DNA of 64,000 nucleotides, taken from the NCBI GenBank assembly GCA_010909165.1, contig VJWM01000044.1, positions 2,108,001-2,172,000 on the forward strand. Reading direction: 5' to 3'. Both the position numbers and the translations under genes were made by a program. Positions within the stretch are counted from its first letter, which is position 1, and every line of letters starts with the position of its first letter. A model generated the notes under the pieces. That model made no database searches. It was not told the origin of the DNA and worked only from the letters and a program-made list of their open reading frames with translations. Below are positions 22,920 to 37,544 of this stretch, piece after piece. The DNA comes from Anthoceros angustus. Taxonomy: Eukaryota > Plantae > Anthocerotophyta.

Positions 22920-23602
22920 AAGTGTGGCAAGCAGAAGCAGAGATAACTAGACACTAGCTCCGTCCTACAAACTAGTGGCTTCTCTGGAAATGTTTCCAGT
23001 CCTAAGGGCTGGATGAAGCACAAATTGCCTTGCTCTGTGTGATCAGGTCTGGCAGGGTGAAAGCAGAGGAGCCAAGGACGACGAGCTTTCCATAGACAAC
23101 AGCCGTTGCTGCAGGGAGAACCAACTCTACACAAGTAATCCCGTCTGTACAATACTTTAGAGGATTGGAGTTTTACCGGGAGGCATACCAAAGACAAAGA
23201 GAGCAACCTTGTAGATAAGTGTGTTTGCAAGTAGTAAGCTACTTATACGAGGCTTTACGGAGGCTTTCTCCAGCTTTCTCCTTGGAATGTACTGAAAACA
23301 CTTGAATGCTATGCAGTTCACTACCGGAATGCGTCATAGAGGGCAAGGCAAGGCAACTCGCAATTTCCTAGGGTACCCTACCCTGCTTGTAGTTGCCACA
23401 CACAGCTTCATTGCTGCACCTACCTGGACCAGTCTCACCTGGCGTAGGCACAACTGGTCACGTGGTATATGCTTAAGGCCACTTCTGACCGTGAAGAGAT
23501 GAGTGCTGGGACAACGGGGACCCACATAAAGCTGTTCACGCCTCGCCCTTTGCAACAGGATCTTGAAAAGATCCAGCCTGGGGTCATCAGCTAGATGTCA
23601 CC

Positions 23603-23650
23603 GGACTCGGACTCGGACTCGGACTCGGACTGGGACTGGGACTGGGACTG
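23603..23650. repeat. Compound hexamer microsatellite (GGACTC)4(GGACTG)4
   Basis: Read directly. Confidence 0.95.
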
Positions 23651-24412
23651 CGTTTGCGTCCTGACACAGTGAAAAACTTACAAAAATAGAAGCGAACAAC
23701 ATCTCGTGCTGTTTCTATAAGCTTGAAAGCCAACGTGCTTCCGTGTTGCCTAGAAGTTGGAAGCTGCTGCAGCAATTTTCAACTCCGCCCCTGGGTGGAG
23801 AGCCTGCAACAGCGAATCTCACAAGGGTATAATAATATAAGGAGGTACTAGCAGCATACCAACAATGTGTTGGGCCAGGAGAGGCCTCCTCCCCCTTGCC
23901 TTGCTTCTATGCAGATGTCGCCGTAAGACAGCATCAGACACACGTAAGTGTGTGACCTCAAATACACGGGAAAGTCTGCAAGAGATGAAAGGATATCAGG
24001 GTGATATCTCTTCCCCATCTCTCCCCCGTTCGCCTGACCTCCTATCACTGCCTCTGGAAGTTCGTTGTCGAGGTTGTGGACAAAACCTGGCTCCAAACCT
24101 TCTTCCTCCTCTCACCTGCAAACATCTTTCCCTCACCTGCAAACAGCTTCCCCGGAAGAGAAGGGAAGGGACGGGAAGGGACACAGGCACAGAATCTGTG
24201 TTGGCCATGGGAACCCTAACACTAAACCAGGTGCACGCTTGCAGGCGTTGAGCCAAGCTAAAGGCACTAAGAGCATACAGGACATGGCGTGCAACAAGCA
24301 GCAGCAAGCAGCTCCAGGCGAAGGAGGAGCTCCCTGGCTTGCATGATCCACCAGGGGCTGCAGCAGAATCAGCCAAACCCTAGCACAGGGCCGGCCAGGA
24401 CAGAAGGACAAG

Positions 24413-25536
24413 TCATGCAGGCGCGCCGTTGGAAGCCTTCCTGGTGAGCAAGTCGTGGTCCAGAAACACCACAACCACAGTGATATCGTCATGGAAATGG
24501 CGGCGGATGCCGCGCTCCAGCTTCTTGAGGTCGGAAAGACGCAGCTCGCGCTTGCGAGCCGCGGTCCGCATGGCGGCCTTGACGAGGCGGCGGGCAATCC
24601 CCGCCCTGGGATTGCTATGCACCATGGCCACCACCTGCTCGGTAGACAGCTGCTCCCAAAGCCCGTCGGACGCGAACACCAGAAACCGGTCCTGCGGCAG
24701 GAGCGTCCTCTGATGGATATGCGGCACGGCGGAGAGCACAGGCTGGCGCAGCGGGTCGGGAAGCCGAAACCTCGGCGGCAGATCCTCGGTATCGAAATCC
24801 GGCAGCTTGAGGTAGAAGTCCCCGATGGACCTGGACACCTGGATGATCCCCTTGACGCGCCACACCCCGTTCCGCATCACCACAACCTCGGGGTCATCCG
24901 GATGCAGCGCCCGGAGCTCCCTCCTCACCTCCTCCTTGGCGGCGTTGTGCTCCACGGAGAGCTCCAGCGCCTGCCCCGCGCTGGTCCCGAGCACGGCTCT
25001 CGAGTCCCCCAAGCTGGCCACCAGCAGCGTCCCCCCGGCCACCAAAACCCCGACCAGGGCGCAGCAGCCGGACGACGCCAGCTGCGGGGTGGGCCTGGCC
25101 GGCCCCTGCGTCACCTCCGCATGGAACCCCTGCTCCGTGTGCGCGAAGGCCCGGCGGAGCAGATCCGGCGACACCGCCTCCCCGGCCGCGGCCATGCGCT
25201 GCAGGTGCTCGAAGAGGTGGTGGTTGGCGAAGCGCGCGGCGTCGGGGCCGCCATGGCCGTCGAACACTCCACGAAGGTGCCGATCGCGGACGAGGACTCC
25301 ACCCGCGACTCGTCCTCCAGCACGGCGTTGGCCTGCACCACGGCGATGCTGAAGGCCCGGCCGCCGAGGCCCCCAGATCCCTGTACCGCAGCAAGGAGTC
25401 GCTGCGGTCCTGCACGATCTCCTCCGCGGCCACCGCGCCGCCGCCGCTGCCGCTGCCGCTGCCGCTGCCGCCCCGGCCCGGCCCCGCTCCCGCCAAGGCA
25501 GCAGGCTGCTAGCATTCTTGCGGTGCCCTGCAGCAT
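24413..25536 (-). CDS. Protein phosphatase 2C, clade D, intronless; 5' end broken by three apparent frameshifts at G runs
   Basis: DSLLRYRDLG, FSIAVVQANAVLED, FDGHGGPDAARF, GDSR, NGVWRVKGIIQVSRSIGD, FASDGLWE and RRHFHDDITVVVVFL. Shifts fall near 25480, 25357 and 25270. Confidence 0.9.
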
Positions 25537-26580
25537 GTGCACCGATCCTCCCAGTCCCCAGGCCCGGCCGGGACCTTCATCTCTCATCCAATTCCCGCGC
25601 TCCCGGCTGCCTTCCCCGCGCGCGCACCCGGGAAGCGCCAGCGCCAGCGCCAACCTCACGGCCGCCGCGGCCAGCTCCTTCGCCATCCCGCTTCCCCGCA
25701 TCGCCTGCATTCCTGGACTAGACTAGTCAGGGAGCCCAGGCGACAGGCGATCGAGCTTCCCTTCCCTTCCGTTCCCTTCCCTTCCGTGCCCTTCCCTTCC
25801 CGGCAGCCCCAGCCCGGTCCAGCCTCTTAGATACGTGTATACAAACGGAGGCAGCCCAGGCAGCCCCGGCAGCAGGCAGCAAAGCTCCAACCCAGTGCAG
25901 TGCCTGGGTTTTGGGCCAACGGCTGCACCTGGCCAAGCGCCTTCTCGCCCTTCATTGGCCCCATTTTATTCAAATTGATAATTTGGGCCTGGGATTCAGA
26001 ATCTGCGCACGGTTTTCGCCGCCAGGCAACACCTGGAAGTACGGTCGGTCAGCCGAGCTGCCACCGGCCGAGGACCGAGGACGGAGGACGGAGGACGGCG
26101 GACGGCGGACGGAGCTCTTTTCCGTCCGCCAATCTCAGCCCACCTGCAAATCCTCCATGTATCTAGATACCTATGTACGTACTGTATAGCAAATAAGGGC
26201 TTCGTAGGCATGGAGCAGGGCTTCCATAACGAGCGCCATTTTTGGTAGTCTAGGCCTTTTTTACTTTATTTTTTCGGCATTGTCAGCTTCGACATTGTTG
26301 GAACTGCTGGAGACTTTAGGGCAGATTTGCCACAAGCATAGTGCTCTAACTCCGAATTCGAAGTGTCTTGAAGGATGGTGGAGATGGGATCATCCATTTT
26401 GATTGATTACAGAAAGACTTATCCTTTTTAGGTGATAAGGTTAGTGTGGTTTTTAGTTTAATGTGAACGCATTGGCTTTTCACATGTGGACTTGCGAATG
26501 TAGAATTGGAGATGCCTATTGGATCTATTGCAGCTCCTATGCAACCTGATGGAGTGTTAGCACAAGGTCTACCTGCTTGC

Positions 26581-26650
26581 ACAAGAAGCAAGCTTCGATA
26601 GATGGAAGAGAGAACAAGAAGCAAGCTTCGATAGATGGAAGAGAGAACAA
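26581..26650. repeat. 33-bp tandem duplication
   Basis: ACAAGAAGCAAGCTTCGATAGATGGAAGAGAGA x2. Confidence 0.9.
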
Positions 26651-26820
26651 AACCACCATAAAAACCCTTAGATGTCTTTGAGAAACAAATGGAACCTTCT
26701 TTAGCTGAGAAGCCAAAACCTAACTTTCTTCTGTAGAGGAAAGTGAAAAAACAATTGGACCAAGATTGTAATTGCGTTGCTTATGATACCTATCCATTTT
26801 GCACTACGTAACCTATAGAT

Positions 26821-27014
26821 GATGGAATATGTCCTACCATCATTTGGACTTGCAGAGGAGGAGGAGTGTAAAGTGCAATTTCTATACTAATGGGGTCTCG
26901 GTGGAATAGACAGTGGTGATGGAATATGTCCTACCATCATTTGGACTTGCAGAGGAGGAGGAGAGTAAAGTGCAATTTCTATATTAATGGGGTCTCGGTG
27001 AAATAGGCAGTGGA
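26821..27014. repeat. 97-bp tandem duplication in an AT-rich, TE-like segment
   Basis: GATGGAATATGTCCTACCATCATTTGGACTTGCAGAGGAGGAGGAG..GGGGTCTCGGTG starts at 26821 and again at 26918. Confidence 0.9.
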
Positions 27015-27789
27015 CTGAAATTGAAAGTTGTGAAAAACGTTAGAGATAAAAGAGCAAGATTGTGTTCTGTAGGTTATTCCTTTACTCGCACTTATCATTG
27101 CTCTTCTACTTCTAAATGTTTTGTATTGTATTTTGACAAATTTGCAGGTCTGATTCTACTTGCTACTTGCTTTACCTAAACCAAGCCCTCAAGCAAGTAA
27201 TTCTAAAATACAAGATTGCATATGGTAGCTACAACAAGTAAGTCCTGGAGAAAAGGTTTAGATGATCCTTTTGAGCTAGATTTTGTCAATCATGCCATTG
27301 CTAAGGTGGTTATCGGGTTTAATTTTGATCGAAAGTGCATTACTGACCTCAACTTGGAACAGGCAGCATTCTATTATTGCACTGTAAGTGCTGAGTCCAC
27401 ATTTGGATGACGCAAAGTTGCATGGTGCCTTGCAACACAATCATGTGTAGGCTCGGAAGGTGCTTCGCATTCAACACCCAGATCCACTTTGTGCTTGAAA
27501 AGTAGGTGGCACTGCTAGCTGATTTGATGCATTCCTTGCACTGGAACGAGCATTTGTAATTCTATATTATGGTTGATGCTGCTAGCACGGTCGATTATCT
27601 TGCTAGCTTGGAAAATGCTACAAATATAATTCAACTTTTATGGAACATTGCTTTAATGTTTGAGTACCAACTTTCCTCAAAAGAGAAGACTCATGATCTC
27701 GTTTATTCTTCCAAACCTGACTTCAAGTGCGCATATGGATCCCAAAAATATAATAAAATTATATAAGCTCAAATATTTTTTAATAAAAT

Positions 27790-29400
27790 AAAAAGCCCTT
27801 ATATATGCCTACACTTATAAGCAAAACCCTGAATAAAGGCCAGAGGTCCCATGGGGACCCCCAAAATGCGAAGTCCTTGCGAAGAACAATGCCTCCCCTG
27901 TGAAATTGAAGAAAGAGAGCAATGCCAGATAAGGACCAAACCTTGCACTTCAAAATCTTGACCCTCAAACCCAGGCTGGAGAGCTCTGAGTATAAGAGTG
28001 CGAAAGCTTGCCTGACCTTGCCCCCGGATCCTGATATGCATGTCGTCCGCCACGGACGGAAAGAGACACTCCCTGACCGCGCTGGCAGTAACGGCGCAAT
28101 GGCAAAGAGGGCACCGCATCCCTTGCCTCGTGCCGGATACCGAGTTCAGTATAGTGACCCCTTCCTTGGATGGTCCGTGCTGAAACTAGACGGTAGACGG
28201 GGAACTATAGAAAGAGCGGACGAAAGGAATAAGACTTGCCCGATGCCTGCTTGCATCCTTGGGCTCTGTAAAAATTGCCCTCCTAAAGACCATATTGAAA
28301 GCGTTCTCGACGTCCACCTGTAGGGCGACCCCATCTTGATGTGACTCCAGAATTGTCGCGATACCAAACGTGGCTGACTCACAACCCTCTGGAGTGGCAA
28401 TCCCAAATTGCTGGGGGGCAAAGATGCACCTGGAATTGCTCCTGAAAATGGATAGCAATGCTGCGACCTATGAGGCGTAAGCATGCCTCCCCAACGGTGA
28501 TAGGGCGCACTCCACGTGTGGGCTTTTCCATAGCCTACTGGACCTGTGGCCCCCAACACCCGAGAGATCCAGTGAGGAATCTCACCCCTGGCCAGTATCA
28601 CCGCTAGAATGAAGAGCTCTGAGAAACCGCTAGAAGGATCCTCGGGAGCAAAGTAATCGCGAAGGTGATTGTAGACTGTCCCAGATAGACCACACGAAGA
28701 AAACCGCGGGGCAATGGCAAGAGCCCTATCGAAGACTGCCCTGTTGAGATAAAAAGGCTCCTTCGCCACGTAATCCACGATATCCTGTGGAATTAGGTCA
28801 TGTGGGGCCGGATGAAGGGCACGGAGCACAAAGATGGTGTCCTCGGAGGCTAGCGCCACTGGCTCTGGGCGAAGTCCCCGGGTAGCCCTGGCATATTCCC
28901 CGCACGGCCAAGCCAAATGGACACACATTTATAAGAATGCCGTGATTAAGCATCTTGAGCTTAGATCAGTACCTAGATGGGGTGTCTAAAGAGAGTGGAT
29001 GCCCTTGGTGCAAGTAGTTTAGGCACACCATGGTACAAGTTGTTGAGTACCAAGTCCCATGACGGAAATCCGTCCTTAGTGGACTTGAATAAATTCTTCT
29101 TCTTCTTCTTCTAGCAAGAGACACCTCTTGAGCCGTGCCATGGCGAGGTCCTGATAGACCCGATCCACCTTGGTAGCCTCCAGCCTGGATCTCGCTGCAC
29201 ACCCACCCTCCTCCTACAAAGCTTTCTAGTTCCCGGCCTGGAACTGATGGAGATGAGATGCCACCTCTTGATGGCCAAAAGAACCACCCTTAGAGCGACA
29301 AAGACACCGCCGGGGGAGAAAAAGGAGCAGAGTCCAAGTCTTCTCATCCCCAAGTCCAACGCAAGGTGATCCAAAGGAAGCCAATAGGCAAGGGGAATGT
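27790..29400 (-). mobile_element. Decayed CRE-clade non-LTR retrotransposon, reverse-transcriptase region, interrupted by SINE copy 3
   Basis: Collinear motifs across frameshifts: KRCLLL|GRCGEYARA, AMEKPTRGVRPITVGEACLRLI, QQFGIATPEGCE, LQVDVENAFNMVFRRAIF, VADDMHI (catalytic YxDD position) and GLRILGVPMG. Confidence 0.85.
28912..29110 (+). mobile_element. 5S-headed SINE-like element, copy 3 (simplest complete copy)
   Basis: GCCAAATGGACACACATTTATAAGAATGCCGTGATTAAGCATC..GATGGGGTG..GACGGAAATCCGTCCTTAGTGGACTTGAATAAA(TTC)n. Confidence 0.88.
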
Positions 29401-30197
29401 CGTCATATATATAAAGCTGCTACGTTGCTCTTTTATGAGGAGCGAAACTACTGAGGTACATGCATTTGTAAAAGTGTTTCGCGTGAGTTGTGAGTTTTAT
29501 GAGGGGAAATTCCAGCTATGCTCTTTATCGTACTTATCGTACGGCTTCCTTCCTCACCACCTTCCACGCCAGCAGCTGTGGATGCAGGGGACAAGGAGGG
29601 TAGAGGTTGTGGGGCCCTTGACTTATAACCGCAGGTACGTGCAAAGTAATAATACGGTGGATTGGCTGCTATTGCACAGCCATGATCCAAAGTGGGCTCA
29701 TCCACCCCTTCCAAATTTGCCCGGTTGCGACTGCTGCACCCGTCAATCATTCTCCTCAGCCTGTTCCTGCTCGGCTGCTGCTGCTCCTGGGTGACGCTAG
29801 ACTGGAAGCAGGACGGTGGCTGCGTTAGCCGGCGGCCAGCGGTCGGCGGCCAGGCTGCCGCACATAAGCGAGCTCTACTAGATTAGGTATGGCGGACGGC
29901 CGCCGCTGGGATCATCTGGGCGCTCTGCCGTCTGGATAAGCACGGTGTTGCTGTTCAGCTGCAGATATTTAAGGTTCCTTGCCCGGATCTGTTCAGAGAG
30001 TGGCTTCCAGATTCCAGAAAGCTGAGCTGGGGCAGCCAGGATGCGAGCCGTGGCGTGCCCTGCTCCCTCGAGCTGGCCCTTCAAATTGCCCTGCCTGCTC
30101 GGAGCTCGGCAGCCTCGCACCGCTCCTTCCTCATCCGACTCGAATCCCTCTTCGCCCTGCCTTAGCCTGCCCGTCGTTAGCTCTAAGCACTAGGAGA

Positions 30198-31307
30198 ATG
30201 GCTAATGAAACGATGATGTTTAGCAGGGGGGAGGAATTTGCTCCCTGGGCCGACGAGAGGCTTAATCCCGGCACGCAGATGTTCACTTCCCTCACAACCA
30301 GCCTGCACAATGGGGTTCAGGCCCCGGCTCTACCTGCAAGACTGCAGCTGCACCTGGCCACAGGGCAGCCCGGGGCGTCCACGCTCACTTTGTTCTTGCA
30401 CTCCTCGCCTGTGGCCGATCGTGAACCCAGGCCTAACGGTAGGAACGTTAGCATGCATGTGCGGATCGTGGTGTCGTTCTCCAACCACGAGGAGGATAGC
30501 TGGGGCAATCCGGCTCCTGCTGCGCTCCCCGTGCGCCAGGACCTGGCTGCTCTCTACGCTTCCCTGCTGCACGAGCAGCACTTGTTCGTGCTTGGTGTCC
30601 AGCAGCCCGTGCAAGCTGCCCGAGCTTGGTACCGCGACCTGCTTAATAGGCTCTTTGCCGTGAACCAAGATGTTCAGATCGCACAGGGCATGGCCCGAGC
30701 TTGGATCATTCTCGCAACACTCCTAGCTTGTTTCTGTGTTGGCAGTTTGCTGGGGGGCCACAGCAGCCAAGACTCTGCACATTATGTGGTACCGTTGCGC
30801 GTCCGTGCTTGCTTGACAATCTCTCTTTTTGGAGTCTCCTGCCCCCTTCCTTCCTTCCTTCCTTCCACTAAATCTCCATCCAGATTGTGGTTGTGGTGGT
30901 GACTATGGGCATTGCTCCTGACGTGTTTGTGAGTGGCTCCAACATTTGGACAATGTGGGTTTGTGAAGGTCTGTGAACGGTATCTGCAGTGGAAGCTCTT
31001 CCAGCTTGACAGTGCAGCAAATCCAAGGCTTGCAGTGTTGCGAGAAAGAGAGAGACGGGTGAGACTCATCCTCCACTCGCTCACGTCCATAGACCTGTCT
31101 GCGGAGGGGGTTCACTTGCACACTGAACACCTTCTGCGGAAGTTGAGGGTAATTATCCAGGGAGAGGTGCCCCCAGTTTCTTGGACTACCAGAATGGACA
31201 GAATGCTGATGGACTACGAGGAGAGGGGGCGGAATCTGGCAGCCCAGATTGCCCAGTTGGTGGAGATAGTGTTGGGGACCATGGTGGTGTGGGAGCCAGA
31301 CATGTGA
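30198..31307 (+). CDS. Orphan protein, possible 3-exon model (30198-30788, 30884-30928, 30990-31307)
   Basis: A long open frame plus two phase-0 GT-AG introns with good signals (GTACCG..CCAG; GTGAGT..GCAG) give one continuous protein. No family recognised. Confidence 0.45.
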
Positions 31308-31574
31308 GTGCTGCTCCTGTCCCATACAAGCGACTTCGAAATTGTAAATGTATCTCATTATGTGCGTTTTCAACCTGAGAGTGCCAGGCCATTCCAACTC
31401 AAACAATCATCACTAATTGTTCATCCACTGCTGGGACCATGGCAAGGATGAGGGAGCACTTATCGACGGCGCCACTACACCTCCTCACAAAACCCTTGCT
31501 GGTGCCAGGTTACCTGCATCAGGTAACGATGGTCGCAAAATTGCATAATGCGAAAATCTTCCTCATAGACTGTT

Positions 31575-34015
<2,441 letters not shown>

Positions 34016-34249
34016 GGTGACAAACCCGCAACAGCAACAGAAGAAAGTCTCCGGCAGGACTGCTCGTCTCTTCAACAACGGCCGGTTACCCTAACACAAC
34101 ACTCTTGTCACATTTGACCCTCTCTGACTGAGCAAAGCGTTTTCGGAGTCGGCCACCACGGTCGCTTCTGCCTTGGAAGAAAGGCACGCTGCAAATTCTC
34201 AGGCTGGAAGTTCCAGGATTCGGGCGCCTCAACCGATCAAATCCTCCTG

Positions 34250-37200
34250 GTGTCTAACAGCATGATGGGCCTTTCACAACGAAGAAGACATCGACCACGC
34301 AAGTCACCGTCGGTGCGGAAAGATGGGAGTGACTATTTATGAAAGGAGTGAAGCATTTTTCACAGTACCTAGTACCTTTCGCAGTTCGGATCACTGCGCC
34401 GTGAGGCGTAAAGATGGGGGTGATGCGTAAAGATGGGGCTGATGACATAGCAGTTCTTTGAGGAACTCCAGGCCAGATGCTGCTTTGATTCAAGTCACCC
34501 TTTAATGACGACAGAGGTGCCATCTTCCTTCTTTTAACCGGCTTGATACCTCACTTAAACAGGCTGGGTAGTCAGTGCTTGAAAGAGTCCCACATTCACA
34601 TCAGTGACAGCCAAATTTGGTCCATGCAACATTGTGCTTTCGTGTAGACTTGCCATTTGGCATGCAAAACAAATTCTCCTTAACAACATGTTCTGGGTGA
34701 TGCGCAGCGCCTTGGCTAGTCGGATCATCCCGATGACAGAAACGGCCAACAACTTCGCTGCAAAATTTGTTTCCATGGACAGCTTGCAAGGTAGCTGGCT
34801 GGGGTGTATTCATCTGCTAGTCTTCTCTATCTCTGTCACAGCAGATCTAGCTTGCCTCAGGATACTGACACTAGGGGTTAAGACAGTCGCCGCCTTGGAG
34901 CAGAGGATGATCTTGCACACAATCCACCATAGCCTCCACCAAAGAGTACTTTGTTTCCTGGGAAAGCACGTCAGTAATTCTGCTGCATGCCACCGCCCAA
35001 TAGGTCGACAGAGATACCCCATGTCCCGCGCTGTCTGCAAGAGCCCACACGATTGTTTCATGTTGTCACAGCAAATTTGTAGCCCTCTAATTCTAGCTGC
35101 AAAACTAAGCATCAGCTGCAATGTTTAGTGGACTGTATTCTTCTGTCACTGGCTGTGGCTTCGATCTAACCTGGAAGCCACTTGAAGTCTTCTTTCCTTG
35201 CACTTTTGAGACACACATTTCCCCTGCACTTCTGAGACACACATTTCCCCTTCCCTCACTGTCCGTTTCCCGTGATTCTACTTGCTTCATGGCATCAGCT
35301 TTCACCACGTTGATGTACAAGTTATTTTTCGTGAAGATGATAGCTTGCTCCTTGGCTAGCATCCTCTCCACAAACCTGTCACATTTGCGGCGACTTTCAA
35401 CATTCCGAAGTGCCACCTCGGTCGAAAACTTCAAGAAATGGACAGCCAATTGGCCAGATTTCGATCATCTGAAATGGCACATACAGGCATTGGGGTCCAG
35501 TCGACCTGCCACTTTACTCGGTTCTGGAGGACCTGTGTAGGGACAAAATTGGGAACATAGATTCCGACACAACATTTGAACCGTTAGTTGAATGAAGTGA
35601 GTATGGCCGAATTTCTTAGCTACCTGCAGACCTTCAGTGAACTTACCTGCTTGTCCGGGTCCTCAAAGCCATCAGCATTAAACGGAGACTGCAGAACTTC
35701 CCGCCCCTGGCTTCTCCTTCTTCAAACATCCGCTTGAACGTTTCAGTCGCCAGACCACTCTTGATTGAAGGATGCTCTGAGTCTACAAAGGGACCCATCC
35801 CTGAAAGGGAGGGAACGTCCATACCATTAGGACCTCAAACAGCAAGATACATACAATGTTGGAAATTGAAGCAAGTGTGAGTGCAGTACAAAGAAACAGT
35901 GGCAGGTTGGGCCGCTTCTTTTGAGCGTAGCCAAGGAGCTCCACGAGAGGTTCGAAAGCCAGATTGTCAGCCGTTGTGAAAGGCCCAGCAGCAGCCACCT
36001 TGGAATGTGCCACCCACAGCACTGTTAGATGGAATGGGCAGAATCAAGCATCCAGAATTGTTGAGCTGAAGACCACATACTGACAACGGTCAGTGCACTT
36101 GAGGTCCCGAGTGCTGCAGGTTGCTTCCATAGTGTGCTGGAGGCCTGTCGTTCAACAACAGGGGTACCGTCCTCTTCTGCCTCCAGCCTCAGGAGTGGGA
36201 GAGAATCGAAAATGCGGGAAGCAACGAGGCAATGTCCATTAGGATTCTACCCCTCCACGGCAATGACCTGCAGGGCAGGCACACATCACTCACGCATCAG
36301 AGACATTGTGCACATCTATATGGATAGGGTTGGCCAAGCCTACCACAAGAAGAAAGGGGCTGGCACACACCTGGCCAGGAAAGAGGGAAAACTGTGGGAT
36401 GTTTGTGAGATCAAGACGCACCCTCACAACACTCAGGTCAAATTTGACCCTCTCTGGGCAAAGCGTTTTCAGAGCCGCCAACGGACATTGGTCTAGAGCA
36501 ACATATAGAGATGTAAAAATCAAAAGCAGCCTGCTTGTCCAGCTTCCCAAACTCTCTGTAGAAGGCTGCAAGATGAGAGTATGCATGGGCTACGTCACCG
36601 ACCCCACACATCTCTCTTACGCTGTGCATCGACAGTTGTGGTATACCAATGTCCACACTTCTGACCCCCACGCCACTGGCTAAGATGTGACGATGCCCAA
36701 GAGTTAGCTGCAATCACAAAGATGGAGAACGGGACAAAGAATCCAGTGTGATGCCATATCCAATGCAGGACCAGAACACGTGACCAGGGCAGATACCTTC
36801 AGCACGAGAATGACATGCAGAGGTTGTCCAACCGACCAGAAGATGAACTCTTTCAACGCACCACCCAGTGCACTTTGTTGTGTGTCACAAACTTGCAGCT
36901 CAAATCCAGCTATCTCCTCTGCTTCAAGAAGCTGCAATTGGAAAATCGTGTACCATAAGTACAAAACGCAGTGAGAAAATCCATGGAAGCGATTCTGTAG
37001 TACATGCTCAAAAATCTTGCCTGTAACAGAATAGGATGGTGTCCGGTCTCCTCCTGTTCGTCACCTTTCACAGTCTTCGCCTTGCTTACTTTGGCATCAG
37101 AAATTTCATTGGGTTCAGCTGGCTTGGTTGCAGGCTTGTTGACTTCGGCCTGAGGACAAGTTTGAGTTTCGAGCATGCACTCAAAACAGGGAAGACAGGC

Positions 37201-37450
37201 CGGCCACAACAATGCAGCAAGTTGTGGTGTACCTTGATGGCTGTAGCCAACACAGGATCGAGATGGAGTTGTGTGTTGATCTTGAATCCATCATTCGCAT
37301 TTCTGTGCATCAAAAGAAAAAGCTTCAGAAATTCGTAGAGGAGATGAGTGAACTTGGTTAATGCTGACATGCTGGTCAGGTACAGTACCTGTCCAGATGT
37401 ATTGCCAACGTGGGAATGGGAAGAATTGGTTCCTTCAGGTGACGAGCTCA
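34250..37450 (-). pseudogene. POLA2: DNA polymerase alpha subunit B pseudogene (core 35700-36560; outer limits uncertain)
   Basis: RVRLDLTNIPQFSLFPGQ, VIAVEG*NPNGHCLVASRIFDSLP (TAG at 36247-36249), AAGPFTTADNLAFEPLVELLGYA and MGPFVDSEHPSIK. Only weak remnants remain further 3' (MIRLAKAL near 34720). Confidence 0.8.
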
Positions 37451-37544
37451 TGGGAGTACGTTGCCTCTTCCAAGGCAGGTGGGTCGCCAGCACCCTCCTT
37501 AACTCGTTTTACCACTACCCTTCCACTACCTCCAAATGGCCTAG

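Noticed and set aside
24455-25726. 423-aa plus-strand ORF
   Set aside because: Antisense shadow of the high-GC3 PP2C gene.
26200-27780. AT-rich region with intron-like signals and short ORFs, possible transposase relic
   Set aside because: No DDE or other diagnostic motif and no termini found.
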